Shown here: in pieces, positions 42,381 to 52,335 of the stretch
How the letters are laid out: each line of letters starts with the position of its first letter
How positions within the stretch are numbered: the first letter of the stretch is position 1
Assembly: GCA_963828165.1 (NCBI GenBank)
Contig: CAWHDR010000001.1
Span: 608,001-672,000 of the forward strand
Direction of reading: 5' to 3'
Length of the DNA: 64,000 nucleotides
Source: an uncultured Chloroflexia bacterium
GTDB lineage: Bacteria; Chloroflexota; Limnocylindria; Limnocylindrales; CSP1-4
Notes under the pieces: generated by a model
What the model was told of the DNA's origin: nothing
Databases searched by the model: none
What the model saw: only the letters and a program-made list of their open reading frames with translations
Made by a program: the position numbers and the translations under genes

Positions 42381-44096
42381 CTAGGCGCGCTGCGACAGCT
42401 CCCCGAGGCGCTCGGTCAGCCGCAGGTTCTCTGCGTAGTCGATCGGGACTTCCACGAGCGACGGCCCATCCACCGCGAGCGCCCGTTCGAGCATCGGGTA
42501 CAGCTCAGACGCCGACGCCGGCCGGAAACCCGCGATCCCGAACGACTCTGCATACGCCACGAAGTCCGGATTGCCGAATTCCACCCCGAACGGGCGTCCG
42601 AACTCGTTGCGCTGCTTCCAGTCGATGAGGCCATAGCCGTCGTCGCGCCACACGATCACGCAGATGTTCGCGCCGATCCGCTTCGCGGTCTCGAGCTCCT
42701 GGCTGTTCATGAGGAACCCGCCGTCGCCACACAGCGCAACCACCTTGCGGTCGGGATGGACGAGCTTGGCGGCGATCGCGCCCGGGATGGCGATGCCCAT
42801 GGCGGCGAAGCCGTTCGAGATGATCACGGTATTCGGCTCGTACGCCTGGTACAGACGCGCCACCCAGACCTTGTGCGCCCCGACGTCCGACACGACGATG
42901 TCCGAGGCACCCATCGCGCGGCGCAGATCCCCGATCGCCCGTTGCGGCGTGATCGGCCAGGCATCGGTCGCCTCGTGCGCCGCGAGCTCGTCGAGCAGCT
43001 GGGTACGCAGGTCGGCGTGGACCAGGATCTCGCGCGATGCGTGCCGCTCGGACGCATCGCGCCCGCCGACGCCAAGCGGCAGGACCGCGTCGAGCAGCCG
43101 CCGAAGCGACCCGTCGATGTCGCCGATCAGCTCGACCTCGGGGCGGTAGGCGGCGTCGATCTCCGCCGGCTGGGTGTCGATGTGGATCACCCGCTTGGAA
43201 CCGTCCGGGTCCCACGACGATGGTGCGTACTCCACCAGGTCGTACCCGACGCAGATGACGAGGTCGGCCCGATCGAAGCCCGACAGGACGTGGTCGCGCG
43301 CCTGGAGCCCGACGGCCATCAGCGAGAGGTGCGACCGGTCGTCGATCGCGCCCTTGCCCATGAACGTGGCCGCGACCGGGACATGCAGGCCGCGCGCCAG
43401 CGCCCGGAGTTCCGGCGCGGCGCCCCGGCGCAGGATCCCGTTGCCGGCCAGGATGATCGGTCGTTCCGACGCGGCGATGAGGCTCGCCGCGTGGGCGATG
43501 GCCTCGTCGGTGGGCTCGGGGAAGTAGGCACGCCCCGGCGTCAGCGGCACGGGCCGGGGCCCGTCCGGCGAGAAGGTGGCGGCCGCGATGTCCTCCGGCA
43601 GCTCGATATGGGTCGGCCCGGGCTTCTCCAGGGTCGCGACCCGGAACGCCTTGCGCACGATCTCGGGGATGAGCTCGGCCTGCCCGACCCGCGTGTTCCA
43701 CTTCGTGACGGGCTCGAGCATGCGAACGATGTCGACGACCTGGTGCGCCTCCTTGTGGAGCTTCGAGGACGCGGCCTGGCCGGTGATCGCGACCATCGGC
43801 GCGCGGTCCAGGAACGCGTCCGCCACGCCGGTGATGAGGTTCGTCGCGCCGGGACCGAGTGTCCCCATCGCCACGGCGGCGCGGCCGGTCAGGCGCCCGT
43901 GGACGTCGGCCATGAACGCCGCGCCCTGCTCGTGGCGGGTCGTGACGTGGCGAACACCCTCGTGATGCGACAGCGCATCGAGGACATCCATCGTCTCCTC
44001 GCCGGGCACGGAAAAGACGTACTCGCAGCCCTCGGCCGCAAGGCAGTCCACGAGCAGGTCGGCAGCACGACGGGTCGCGCGCGGAGTGGTCGTCAT
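42381..44096 (-). CDS. Acetolactate synthase-like ThDP enzyme
   Basis: PGEE, RHEQGAAFMA, GPGATN and GDGGFLMN...D.GYG ThDP motif. Confidence 0.9.
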   Translation of the reverse strand: MTTTPRATRRAADLLVDCLAAEGCEYVFSVPGEETMDVLDALSHHEGVRHVTTRHEQGAAFMADVHGRLTGRAAVAMGTLGPGATNLITGVADAFLDRAPMVAITGQAASSKLHKEAHQVVDIVRMLEPVTKWNTRVGQAELIPEIVRKAFRVATLEKPGPTHIELPEDIAAATFSPDGPRPVPLTPGRAYFPEPTDEAIAHAASLIAASERPIILAGNGILRRGAAPELRALARGLHVPVAATFMGKGAIDDRSHLSLMAVGLQARDHVLSGFDRADLVICVGYDLVEYAPSSWDPDGSKRVIHIDTQPAEIDAAYRPEVELIGDIDGSLRRLLDAVLPLGVGGRDASERHASREILVHADLRTQLLDELAAHEATDAWPITPQRAIGDLRRAMGASDIVVSDVGAHKVWVARLYQAYEPNTVIISNGFAAMGIAIPGAIAAKLVHPDRKVVALCGDGGFLMNSQELETAKRIGANICVIVWRDDGYGLIDWKQRNEFGRPFGVEFGNPDFVAYAESFGIAGFRPASASELYPMLERALAVDGPSLVEVPIDYAENLRLTERLGELSQRA

Positions 44097-44195
44097 CGCC
44101 GCCAAGGGTAGGCCATCACCGCGATCATCAGGCGGTCCCGAACACCAAGGCCGGACACGGTGCGCTACGCTCGCGGCCGTTCGCAGGAGGACCAT

Positions 44196-45728
44196 GTGCG
44201 CCCGAGCCTGAACATGCTCGCCCCCGAGCTCATCGAGCGGATCGTCGACGAGGCGAAGCGGGTGCTGGCCGAGGTCGGGATGGAGATCCGCGGGGCGGAG
44301 ATGCGTCGCCGGCTGCTCGAGGCGGGTCTCCCGACGAACGCCACGGGCGAGCGCGTGCTGTTCCCGAGGGCCGTCGTGGAGCGAGCGATCGCGGACGCGC
44401 CGCGCGCGTTCACGCTGTACACACGCGACGGGGAGCCGCATGCCGACCTCGGCGGCGATCGCGTCCATTTCGTCCCGGGCTCGTCAGGCCTCAAGACCCT
44501 GGACCATCGGACCGGAGGGGTCCGCCTCGCGAACTCCACCGACTTCGTCGAGTACGTCCGCCTCGCCGACGGCCTGGAGCACATCGCCTACCTGGCGACG
44601 GCGTTCTCGACGAACGAGGACATCGAGCCCCAGGTGTCCGATGCGTGGCGCCTGTACATGACGCTCACCAACTCCAAGAAGCCGGTCGTGTCGGGCGCCT
44701 TCACGGAGCACGGCGTCGGTCGGATGGTCGAGATGATGCAGCTCTTTCGGACCGACCGCGCCGACCTCATCGCGCGCCCCATGTCGATCTTCACTATCAC
44801 CGCCACCGGCAACTTCCGGTACAGCGAGGACTCCTGCCAGAACCTCATCGACTGCGTCGAGGCGGGCATCCCGGTCGAGATCGTGCCGGTGACGCTCATG
44901 GGCCTGATCGCGCCGGTCACGACCGTCGGCGCGACGGTCTTCCACACGGTGGACGTGCTGGCCGGCATCACCATGGCCCAGGTCATCAAGCCCGGGGCGC
45001 CGGTGCTGTTCGGCGGAGCGCCGGCAACGTTCCACATGAAGGTGGCGAGCTCGCCGATGTCCGCCATCGAGGCGCTCCAGCTGGATGCCGCCTACGTCGC
45101 GGTCGCCAAAACGCTCGAGCTGCCATGCCAGTCGTACATGGCCCTCTCGGACGGGCCGATCCTCGACGCCCAGGCCGGCGCGGAGACGTTCGGGAGCGCG
45201 TTGATCGCAGCGTTGGCTGGCGTGAATTCCGTCAGCGGCCCCGGCATGCTGGACTTCTTGCTGGTCTTCAGCCTGCCCAAGCTTGTCTTCGACAACGAGA
45301 TGTGCGGCCAGGCGCTGCGCTTCGTGCGCGAGATCAAGCCGATCGACGACCTGCCGGTGGGTGCGCTCATCGACCAGCTGATGGCGGATCAGCACTTGAT
45401 CATGGCCGACCACACGACGGCCAACTGGCCGAGCGAGCTGTACCTGCCGTCGACCATCGTCGAGCGGGATAACCGCGAGAACTGGACGAAGGCCGGGGCC
45501 AAGGACACGTACCAGCGCGCGATCGAAGAGGTCGATCGGCGGCTCGCCGCGTACCGGCCGCTCGACACGGATCCGGCGATCGATGCCGAGCTTCGGAGGA
45601 TCATCGCCTCAGGCCTGGAATCGCAGACCGAGCTGCCGTACGTGCCGCCCGCCGCGGAGCCGACGGCGGCGGCCCTTGCGCAGCAGGCCGGACCCGTGCG
45701 CCGTCGCAACCCGCGGCGCGGCGGCTGA
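44196..45728 (+). CDS. Trimethylamine methyltransferase (MttB) superfamily protein, non-pyrrolysine
   Basis: [21 protein letters not shown]...DAQAG.E and GPGML motifs; AGGAGG RBS; no internal TAG. Confidence 0.88.
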   Translation: MRPSLNMLAPELIERIVDEAKRVLAEVGMEIRGAEMRRRLLEAGLPTNATGERVLFPRAVVERAIADAPRAFTLYTRDGEPHADLGGDRVHFVPGSSGLKTLDHRTGGVRLANSTDFVEYVRLADGLEHIAYLATAFSTNEDIEPQVSDAWRLYMTLTNSKKPVVSGAFTEHGVGRMVEMMQLFRTDRADLIARPMSIFTITATGNFRYSEDSCQNLIDCVEAGIPVEIVPVTLMGLIAPVTTVGATVFHTVDVLAGITMAQVIKPGAPVLFGGAPATFHMKVASSPMSAIEALQLDAAYVAVAKTLELPCQSYMALSDGPILDAQAGAETFGSALIAALAGVNSVSGPGMLDFLLVFSLPKLVFDNEMCGQALRFVREIKPIDDLPVGALIDQLMADQHLIMADHTTANWPSELYLPSTIVERDNRENWTKAGAKDTYQRAIEEVDRRLAAYRPLDTDPAIDAELRRIIASGLESQTELPYVPPAAEPTAAALAQQAGPVRRRNPRRGG

Positions 45729-45735
45729 CCGGACG

Positions 45736-46434
45736 GTGCCGACCGAGCCATCAGCCGACGCGGCCAAGGAAACGCGGACCACGTCGGACGACACGCTTCC
45801 CGAGCAGCCCATCGGTCGCGAAGGGCGCCTGGTCCGTCTCCGCGAGGCCACGCGTCGGGACGCCGCGGTCGTGGATGCGCGGGACGCCGATCCTGCGGTC
45901 CGCGGCGAGTTCAACGACCTGGGCCAGCCGCCGCCCAAGCCACTCGCAGAGCAGCTCGCGGGCGGCAAGCGGATGGTGAGCGCGGAGCGAGGGCGACTCT
46001 TCGTCGAGCGCCTCGAGGATGGGGCGCTCATCGGTGACGTGAGCTGGCATCCGGTCATGTACGGACCGAACGAGCAGTCGCGGGCCCTGAACATCGGGAT
46101 CGCGCTCTACCCCGACGCCCGTGGCCACGGCTTCGGGGCGGAGGCGCAACGGTTGCTGGCGGAACTACTCCTCGAACGGTTCGACGTGCAGCGCGTCGAG
46201 GCCAGCACGGATGTCGACAACGTGGCGGAGCAGCGGTCGCTGGCCAAGGCGGGCTTCACGAGGGAGGGAGTGGTCCGCCGGGCGCAGTTTCGCGCGGGAG
46301 CACACCACGACCTTGTCACCTACTCGTTCGTACGTGACGACCTCGAACACGGCGTTCCGCGGGGCTCGCGGACGAGTGATGGCCGGCGCGGGGACCGCGC
46401 CGGCCATCGTGACTGCGTTCGACGCGGAGACTAG
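45736..46434 (+). CDS. GNAT acetyltransferase (RimJ/RimL-like)
   Basis: IGIAL.P.ARGHGFG, RVEAST...N.A..R.L.KAGF.REG motifs. Confidence 0.88.
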   Translation: MPTEPSADAAKETRTTSDDTLPEQPIGREGRLVRLREATRRDAAVVDARDADPAVRGEFNDLGQPPPKPLAEQLAGGKRMVSAERGRLFVERLEDGALIGDVSWHPVMYGPNEQSRALNIGIALYPDARGHGFGAEAQRLLAELLLERFDVQRVEASTDVDNVAEQRSLAKAGFTREGVVRRAQFRAGAHHDLVTYSFVRDDLEHGVPRGSRTSDGRRGDRAGHRDCVRRGD

Positions 46435-46658
46435 CGGTCGTCCAATAGCTGCGGCTCGCCGGTGCCCGGCAGGAGCAGGTCAGCGTCGAAGGCGGCGTCC
46501 GCCTCCGACCACTCCCGGTTCTCCTCGCGGTGGGCGAGGATGTGGAAGAGGATCCACAGCGCGATCCCGATGATCGCGAGCGGCACCTCCGTGCCCGGGA
46601 ACGGATACAGCGGCCCGATGTCGGCCGGGTTGCTGAACGACGTGAGTCCGGTGTTCAT
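46431..46658 (-). CDS. Small single-TM protein coupled to Amt
   Basis: 75 aa with IGPLYPFPG.E plus a TM helix; ATGA overlap with the amt stop; GGAGG RBS. Confidence 0.75.
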   Translation of the reverse strand: MNTGLTSFSNPADIGPLYPFPGTEVPLAIIGIALWILFHILAHREENREWSEADAAFDADLLLPGTGEPQLLDDR

Positions 46659-48097
46659 GGTGCCTCCCGCGAATCAGGTGACCGGCGCGCCCCGTCGACG
46701 ACGAGTCCCTCCTGCTTCTCGACCTGCTCGAAGCCGGTGTAGGTCCGTGCGAAGTACGGGTACGACGAGTCGGTCGTGTTCGTGTCCAGACCGGCCAGCT
46801 CGACGCGGTACGGGACGCGCAGGATGCCGGCGGCCTTGAGGACGCGGGCAAGGACGTAGAACGGGGCAAAGCCAAGGACGCCGAACATGATGAAGGCGCC
46901 GATGATGTTGCCGATGGGGTTGATGGCGGGGAATCCATCGGCCGTGGTGCCGAAGAACGGGGCGGCGCTGCCCGCGAGCGGCGCTGCAGCCGGGTAGCCC
47001 CAGAGCAGGAACCCGGCGATGATGACGCCGAACGTGCCGGCGTATCCGTGGACGGCAACGGCACCAACGGCGTCGTCGATCCTGAACCGACGCTCCACGT
47101 AGTAGTGCATCCGGTACGCGATGGTGGCGCCGACGCCGCCGACGATCATCGCCTGGATCGGGTGATACAGGTCGTTGCCTGCCGACGCCGAGATGATGCC
47201 GGCCAGGCCGGCGGACAGCGTCCAGTAGGGCTGGCCCTTGCTGAGGATGAACCCTGCCATCATCCCGCCGGACAGGGACATCAGGAAGTTGAACGTGATG
47301 CCCGACAGGGTCGTCGGCATCAGGTAGATGTTCGTGGCCGAGAAGAACGGCTCCCCCTCGGTCCCGATGTTGAAGACCGGGATGTTGCAGGCGGCGTAGA
47401 AGCCCCAGAAGCCCGTGTAGATGAGCAGGAGCCCGACGCACGCCATCCAGACGTTGTGCGGTGGGATGTTCCGGATCTCCCCGTTCGGCCCGAACCTCCC
47501 GATGCGTGGCCCGAGGACGATCAGCACGGCCAGCGCAGCGCCGCCAGCGATGGCGTGGATGACACCGGACGCGTACGCGTCGTGGTAGCCCATGAGCTGG
47601 ACCATCCACCCGTTCGGGGACCAACCCCAGGCGGCATCGATGATCCACGTCACGGAACCGATCATGAAGGCCATGATCAGGAACGCACCCGTCCGGACGC
47701 GCTCGATGATGGCCCCCGAGATGATCGAGGCCGCCGTCCACGAGAACAGCAGGAACGCCGCCCAGAAGACGCCGGTGATCCGGTCGCCCATGTTCACGCC
47801 CATGAGCGGCGACCACGGGTAGAAGCCGTCCGCGAGTGGATCGACGCCCATGCCGTTGTTGATGAACGGCCCGTGGATGAACGCGAAGTAGATCCACCAG
47901 CCGAAGAAGAAGAACGTGACGGTGACGATCGGGATGACCATCACGTTCTTGATCAGCACGTGCTGGAGGTTCTTCCGCCGTGCGATCCCGACCTCGTAGG
48001 CCGCGAAGCCCGCGTGGATCAGGAACATGAAGACGACCGTCACCCAGTAGTAGAACTCGGTGAACAGGACGTTCAGGGAATCGGTCAGATCGGACAT
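46655..48097 (-). CDS. amt: Ammonium/methylammonium transporter (Amt family)
   Basis: ISGAIIER, W.W...GW, LGPRIG, GFWGF and DDAVGAVAVHG motifs; about 11 TM helices. Confidence 0.88.
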   Translation of the reverse strand: MSDLTDSLNVLFTEFYYWVTVVFMFLIHAGFAAYEVGIARRKNLQHVLIKNVMVIPIVTVTFFFFGWWIYFAFIHGPFINNGMGVDPLADGFYPWSPLMGVNMGDRITGVFWAAFLLFSWTAASIISGAIIERVRTGAFLIMAFMIGSVTWIIDAAWGWSPNGWMVQLMGYHDAYASGVIHAIAGGAALAVLIVLGPRIGRFGPNGEIRNIPPHNVWMACVGLLLIYTGFWGFYAACNIPVFNIGTEGEPFFSATNIYLMPTTLSGITFNFLMSLSGGMMAGFILSKGQPYWTLSAGLAGIISASAGNDLYHPIQAMIVGGVGATIAYRMHYYVERRFRIDDAVGAVAVHGYAGTFGVIIAGFLLWGYPAAAPLAGSAAPFFGTTADGFPAINPIGNIIGAFIMFGVLGFAPFYVLARVLKAAGILRVPYRVELAGLDTNTTDSSYPYFARTYTGFEQVEKQEGLVVDGARRSPDSREAP

Positions 48098-48203
48098 ACC
48101 CTCCCTCACCAAATGACGGGACGAGACAGCATGCGGCGACACACTCCGGCCACCGCTCGGTGGGTCGCGGGACTGGGTCGCCTGGGTCGCCCTCCTTCCT
48201 CCC

Positions 48204-48851
48204 CTACCGTTCGCCCGGTCGATCCTCCGGATCGAGCTCGACCGTGATGGACAGGAACCGGGCCGGAAGCACGCTCAGGCGCTCCGGCCCGTGTGGGATC
48301 CGGCCGTCGAACATCAGGGAGTCGCCGGGGTCCATGTCGTAGGTGTGCCGGCCATACCGATACACGAACGAGCCCTCGAGGGCGTACAGGAACTCGACAC
48401 CCTCGTGCTGGAACAGCGGGAACGTCTCCCGCTGCTCGGTCAAGGTGACGAGGAAGGGCTGCACTCGCCGCTGGGCGCCCTTCGCCGCGGCGAGCAGCTC
48501 GTAACGATGCCCGTGGCGCGTCCCCTGACGGATGAGCTCGATGCCGTCGCCCGCGCGCACGTACGACGCGTCGCGTTCTTCCTCGAAGCCTCGGAAGAAG
48601 GTGGTGACCGGGACCTCCAGCGCCTGCGACAGGCGCGCCAGCGTCCGCAGGCTCGGGGAGGTCTGGGCATTCTCGATCTTCGAGATCATGCCGAGCGAGA
48701 GCCCGGCTCTGTCGGCGACATCCTGGAGTGTCAGACCGAGCCGTCGCCGTTCCTCGCGCAGACGGTCACCGATGGCCTGCGTGATGGCGTCCTCGAGAAA
48801 GGCCGCCTCATCCAGGTGCAGGGTCGCGAGGACATCGTCCGGTGCTGCCAT
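48204..48851 (-). CDS. XRE-family HTH regulator with cupin domain
   Basis: LTLQDVA...LS.GMISKIEN..SPSL; HEGVEF.Y...G, PGDSL.F and PHG cupin motifs. Confidence 0.92.
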   Translation of the reverse strand: MAAPDDVLATLHLDEAAFLEDAITQAIGDRLREERRRLGLTLQDVADRAGLSLGMISKIENAQTSPSLRTLARLSQALEVPVTTFFRGFEEERDASYVRAGDGIELIRQGTRHGHRYELLAAAKGAQRRVQPFLVTLTEQRETFPLFQHEGVEFLYALEGSFVYRYGRHTYDMDPGDSLMFDGRIPHGPERLSVLPARFLSITVELDPEDRPGER

Positions 48852-49049
48852 CCACCGCTCCGCGGCACCCTCTACCCTCCGGGGTGCGTCCGCGAGCGTA
48901 CACCATCAGGAAACACGCATGTCGGCAAACCTGCGCGCAAAGTTGCACGCGAGTGGATGCCGTGCCGTATCATCTTCGCCACGAGTGGAGCGACGGCCAC
49001 CGGCACCGGTGGTCCCTCGCGCGGCGCTTAACCGGTGGTGGAGTCGATC

Positions 49050-49979
49050 ATGTGTGGCATCGCTGGCTTCCTGTCCAAGCAAGACGATCCGGCGCCGGTC
49101 GGGCGGATCATGTCGGACATGCTCACGAGTCTTGCCCGGCGCGGCCCCGACTCGGTCGGCATGGCCCTGTACCGGACGGAGCCCTCGCCGCGCAGCGCGT
49201 GCTGGATCAGGCTCCCTGAGAGCGACCCGCAGGCACACGCCCAGCGGATCCTCACCGGCCTCGCCGGCGTCGGCGACGTCACACAGGTCGAGCAGCATGA
49301 GGGCCTGATGCGCGTCGAGCTCGCGACAAGCGCGGATGGTGCCGCCGTTCGTGCCGCTGTCGAGCAGGGTTCGGACGAGATCGAAGTCGTGAGCTACGGC
49401 AATCAGCTCGAGCTCGTCAAACAGGTCGGCCACCCGGACGCCCTGGAGCGGGCCTTCTCGATGGAATCGTTCCGGGGCAGCCATGCCATCGGGCACACCC
49501 GACTCTCGACCGAGAGCCGCGTGGACCTCACCCACTCGCAGCCCTTCTGGACACGCGGCGTGGCCGACGTCGCGACCGTCCACAACGGCCACATCACCAA
49601 CTACCACAAGCTGCGGCGCCTCTACGAGCAGCAGGGCGTCCGCTTCTTTTCCGAGAATGACTCGGAGGTCATCGGCGTCTACCTCGCCGACCAGCTGGGC
49701 CAGGGCCTCAGCCTGGAGCAGGCAGTGGAGCGCTCCCTCGACGACTTCGACGGGTCCTTCACCTACTTCGTCGCGAGCGGCGACGCCATCGGGTTCGCCC
49801 GCGACCCGTTCGCGCTGAAGCCGCTGGTCATCGTCGAAACGGACGACTACGTCGCCATCGCCAACGAGGAGATCGCCATCCGTGCGGCCCTCGGCCCGGC
49901 CGGCGTCGCGCACGAACCCTCCGGCCACGTCTTCAAGCTCTGGCACCGCACTGACGCGGCGACCTCGGTCGCCGCCTGA
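49050..49979 (+). CDS. mgsA: N-methylglutamate synthase subunit A (class II glutamine amidotransferase, GlxB)
   Basis: MCGIAG Ntn start, RGPDS, GHTRLSTES, HNG.I.N and ENDSE motifs; context. Confidence 0.85.
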   Translation: MCGIAGFLSKQDDPAPVGRIMSDMLTSLARRGPDSVGMALYRTEPSPRSACWIRLPESDPQAHAQRILTGLAGVGDVTQVEQHEGLMRVELATSADGAAVRAAVEQGSDEIEVVSYGNQLELVKQVGHPDALERAFSMESFRGSHAIGHTRLSTESRVDLTHSQPFWTRGVADVATVHNGHITNYHKLRRLYEQQGVRFFSENDSEVIGVYLADQLGQGLSLEQAVERSLDDFDGSFTYFVASGDAIGFARDPFALKPLVIVETDDYVAIANEEIAIRAALGPAGVAHEPSGHVFKLWHRTDAATSVAA

Positions 49980-50692
49980 TGACGGCCGTCACCGGCCATC
50001 CGTCGACCCTCGAACTCGACGCCGGCGACCGGGACATCCGGGATATCAACCGGGACATCCGGTCGGCCCTTGCCGAGGGCCGCGAGACCGTCGTCCGGAA
50101 CCCTGGGGCGCGGCACAACCTGGGCGTGGCGCTCCTGTCACCGGGCTTCGTCACGTTCGAGGGCAGCGTCGGCTATTACTGCGCCGGCATGAGCGACGGC
50201 GCGACCGTCCGCATCCGCGGCAGCGCCGGCTGGGGCGTCGCAGAGGGGATGCTGTCGGGCCTGGTCACGGTGGAGGGGAACGCAGGCAACGGTGCCGCCG
50301 CGTCCATCCGCGGGGGCACGGTCGTCGTCCACGGCGATTGCGCCGCCCGGGCGGGCATCACGATGAAGGGCGGCCGCCTGCTCATCGGCGGGAATGCCGG
50401 GTACATGACCGCGTTCATGATGCAGAAGGGATACGTCGCGATCGCCGGCGACGCGGGCGATGCCCTCGCGGACTCGATGTACGCAGGCACGGTCTACGTG
50501 GCCGGCGACATCGCCTCGCTCGGCAACGACACGGTCGTGGAGCCAGCCTCGAAGGAGGACCAGGCCATGCTGGAGGCGACCTTCGCCGAGTTCGGGCTGC
50601 CGAAGCCGCGGCCGTTCAAGCGGATCGTCGCCGGCCGCAAGCTCTGGAACTTCGAGAAGCACGAGCTGGAGACGTGGCGGTCCGCGTTGTGA
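49979..50692 (+). CDS. mgsB: N-methylglutamate synthase subunit B (GXGXG, GlxC)
   Basis: Gly-rich beta-helix repeats (GSVGYYCAGM, GNAG, GDAGDALADSMY). Confidence 0.85.
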   Translation: MTAVTGHPSTLELDAGDRDIRDINRDIRSALAEGRETVVRNPGARHNLGVALLSPGFVTFEGSVGYYCAGMSDGATVRIRGSAGWGVAEGMLSGLVTVEGNAGNGAAASIRGGTVVVHGDCAARAGITMKGGRLLIGGNAGYMTAFMMQKGYVAIAGDAGDALADSMYAGTVYVAGDIASLGNDTVVEPASKEDQAMLEATFAEFGLPKPRPFKRIVAGRKLWNFEKHELETWRSAL

Positions 50693-52041
50693 GCGATCAC
50701 TCGGTGCCGCGCGATCCGCAGGGCCTCCGGACGAGCCCGGTCTACACGCCGTCCGTCATCGGCGAGATCCAGGAGAAGGCGGCGCTCGGGCGCTACCTCA
50801 TCCGTGGGTTCGGGACGCTGCGCAGCCGGCCGCTCCCGTCGCTCGACGACCTCACGTTCCTGCCTGCGTCGCTGACCCGGATCCCCCTGGAGGGATATCG
50901 CGAGAAGTGCGTCACGACGACTGTCCTCGGGACACGCTATGCGGAGCAGCCGATCAGGCTCGACATCCCGATCATGATCACCGGCATGAGCTACGGGGCG
51001 CTGTCGCTCAACGCGAAGACCGCCCTGGCCCGAGGCGCGAGCATGGTCGGCGGCTCGACGACCTCCGGCGACGGCGGGATGCTCCGCGCCGAGCGCGAGA
51101 ACTCGAAGACGATGATCGTCGAGGTCCTTCCCAGCCGTTACGGAGCGAACGTCCACCACCTTCGGGAGGCCGACGGGATCGAGCTCACCATCGGCCAGGG
51201 CGCCAAACCGGGCACGGGCGGGCTGCTGCTCGGCTCCAAGGTGTCCGAGGAGATCGCGGAGATCCGCGACCTCCCGCCGGGTGTCGACCAGCGCTCGCCG
51301 GCACGCCACCCGGACTTCCTCGGCCCGGATGACATGACCCTCAAGATCGAGGAGCTCCGCGAGGCGACCGACCACCGGGTCCCGATCTTCGTCAAGATCG
51401 GGGCGACGCGCACCTTCGACGACGTCAAGCTCGCCGCCAAATGCGGGGCGGACGTCGTCGTCGTCGACGGCATGGAGGGCGGCACCGCCGCCTCCCCCGA
51501 GATCCTCCAGGACCATACCGGGATCCCGACGCTCGCCGCCATCGTCGAGGCGCGTCGGGGACTCGAGGATATCGGGATGTACGGCAAGGTCCAGATCATC
51601 GCGGCGGGCGGCATCCGGTCCGGGGTGGACGTGGCCAAGGCCATCGCGCTCGGTGCGGACGCGTGCTACATCGGCACGGCCGCGCTCATCGCCCTCAACT
51701 GCAACGCGCCCCTCTACGTGGAGGACTACGAGGCGCTCGGCACGCAGCCCGGCGCCTGCCACCACTGTCATACCGGCCGCTGCCCGGTCGGCATCACGAC
51801 GCAGGACCCAGACCTGATGGCCCGCCTGCCCGTCGATGAGGCCGCAGAGCGCGTCGCGAATTTCCTCACGGCCATGACCCTGGAGGTCCAGATGCTGGCG
51901 CGCGCCTGCGGCAAGGCCGACATCCACGACCTTGACCCCGACGATCTCCGCGCGCTGACCATGGAGGCCGCGGCGATCACCGGCATCCCGCTCGTCGGGA
52001 CCCACTGGGTGCCGGGCGCCCCGACCCCGGGCCACGGCTGA
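50689..52041 (+). CDS. mgsC: N-methylglutamate synthase subunit C (FMN-binding, GlxD)
   Basis: GMSYGALS, GQGAKPG.GG, DGMEGGT and CHHCHTGRCPVGI motifs. Confidence 0.88.
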   Translation: MSDHSVPRDPQGLRTSPVYTPSVIGEIQEKAALGRYLIRGFGTLRSRPLPSLDDLTFLPASLTRIPLEGYREKCVTTTVLGTRYAEQPIRLDIPIMITGMSYGALSLNAKTALARGASMVGGSTTSGDGGMLRAERENSKTMIVEVLPSRYGANVHHLREADGIELTIGQGAKPGTGGLLLGSKVSEEIAEIRDLPPGVDQRSPARHPDFLGPDDMTLKIEELREATDHRVPIFVKIGATRTFDDVKLAAKCGADVVVVDGMEGGTAASPEILQDHTGIPTLAAIVEARRGLEDIGMYGKVQIIAAGGIRSGVDVAKAIALGADACYIGTAALIALNCNAPLYVEDYEALGTQPGACHHCHTGRCPVGITTQDPDLMARLPVDEAAERVANFLTAMTLEVQMLARACGKADIHDLDPDDLRALTMEAAAITGIPLVGTHWVPGAPTPGHG

Positions 52042-52053
52042 GCCGGCAGTCGG

Positions 52054-52335
52054 GTGTCCTTCCTCATCGGGTGCCCGCTGTGCGGTCCGCGGGATGTAGC
52101 CGAGTTCCGCTACGGCGGCGAGGTCCAGGCGCGCCCCAGCCCGGGGTCTGAGGTGGCAACGTGGTCGGGGTACCTCTACGGACGGACGAACGTGGCGGGC
52201 GTCGAACGGGCCTGGTGGTTCCATCGGGCCGGGTGCCGGCGCTGGTTCCAGGCCGAGCGCGACACGCGCACGAACCACGTGCTCCGGGTCGGCTGGACAC
52301 TCACGCCCGGTGCGCGCGGGACGCCCGATGGCTGA
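52054..52335 (+). CDS. soxD: Sarcosine oxidase / NMG dehydrogenase delta subunit
   Basis: CPLCGPR..EF.YGG, W.H..GCRRWF..RDT Zn motif. Confidence 0.9.
   Translation: MSFLIGCPLCGPRDVAEFRYGGEVQARPSPGSEVATWSGYLYGRTNVAGVERAWWFHRAGCRRWFQAERDTRTNHVLRVGWTLTPGARGTPDG

Noticed and set aside
44196-45728. Pyrrolysine recoding in MttB
   Set aside because: There is no in-frame TAG; the approximate Pyl position reads Leu (MALSDG), and no pyl genes are present.
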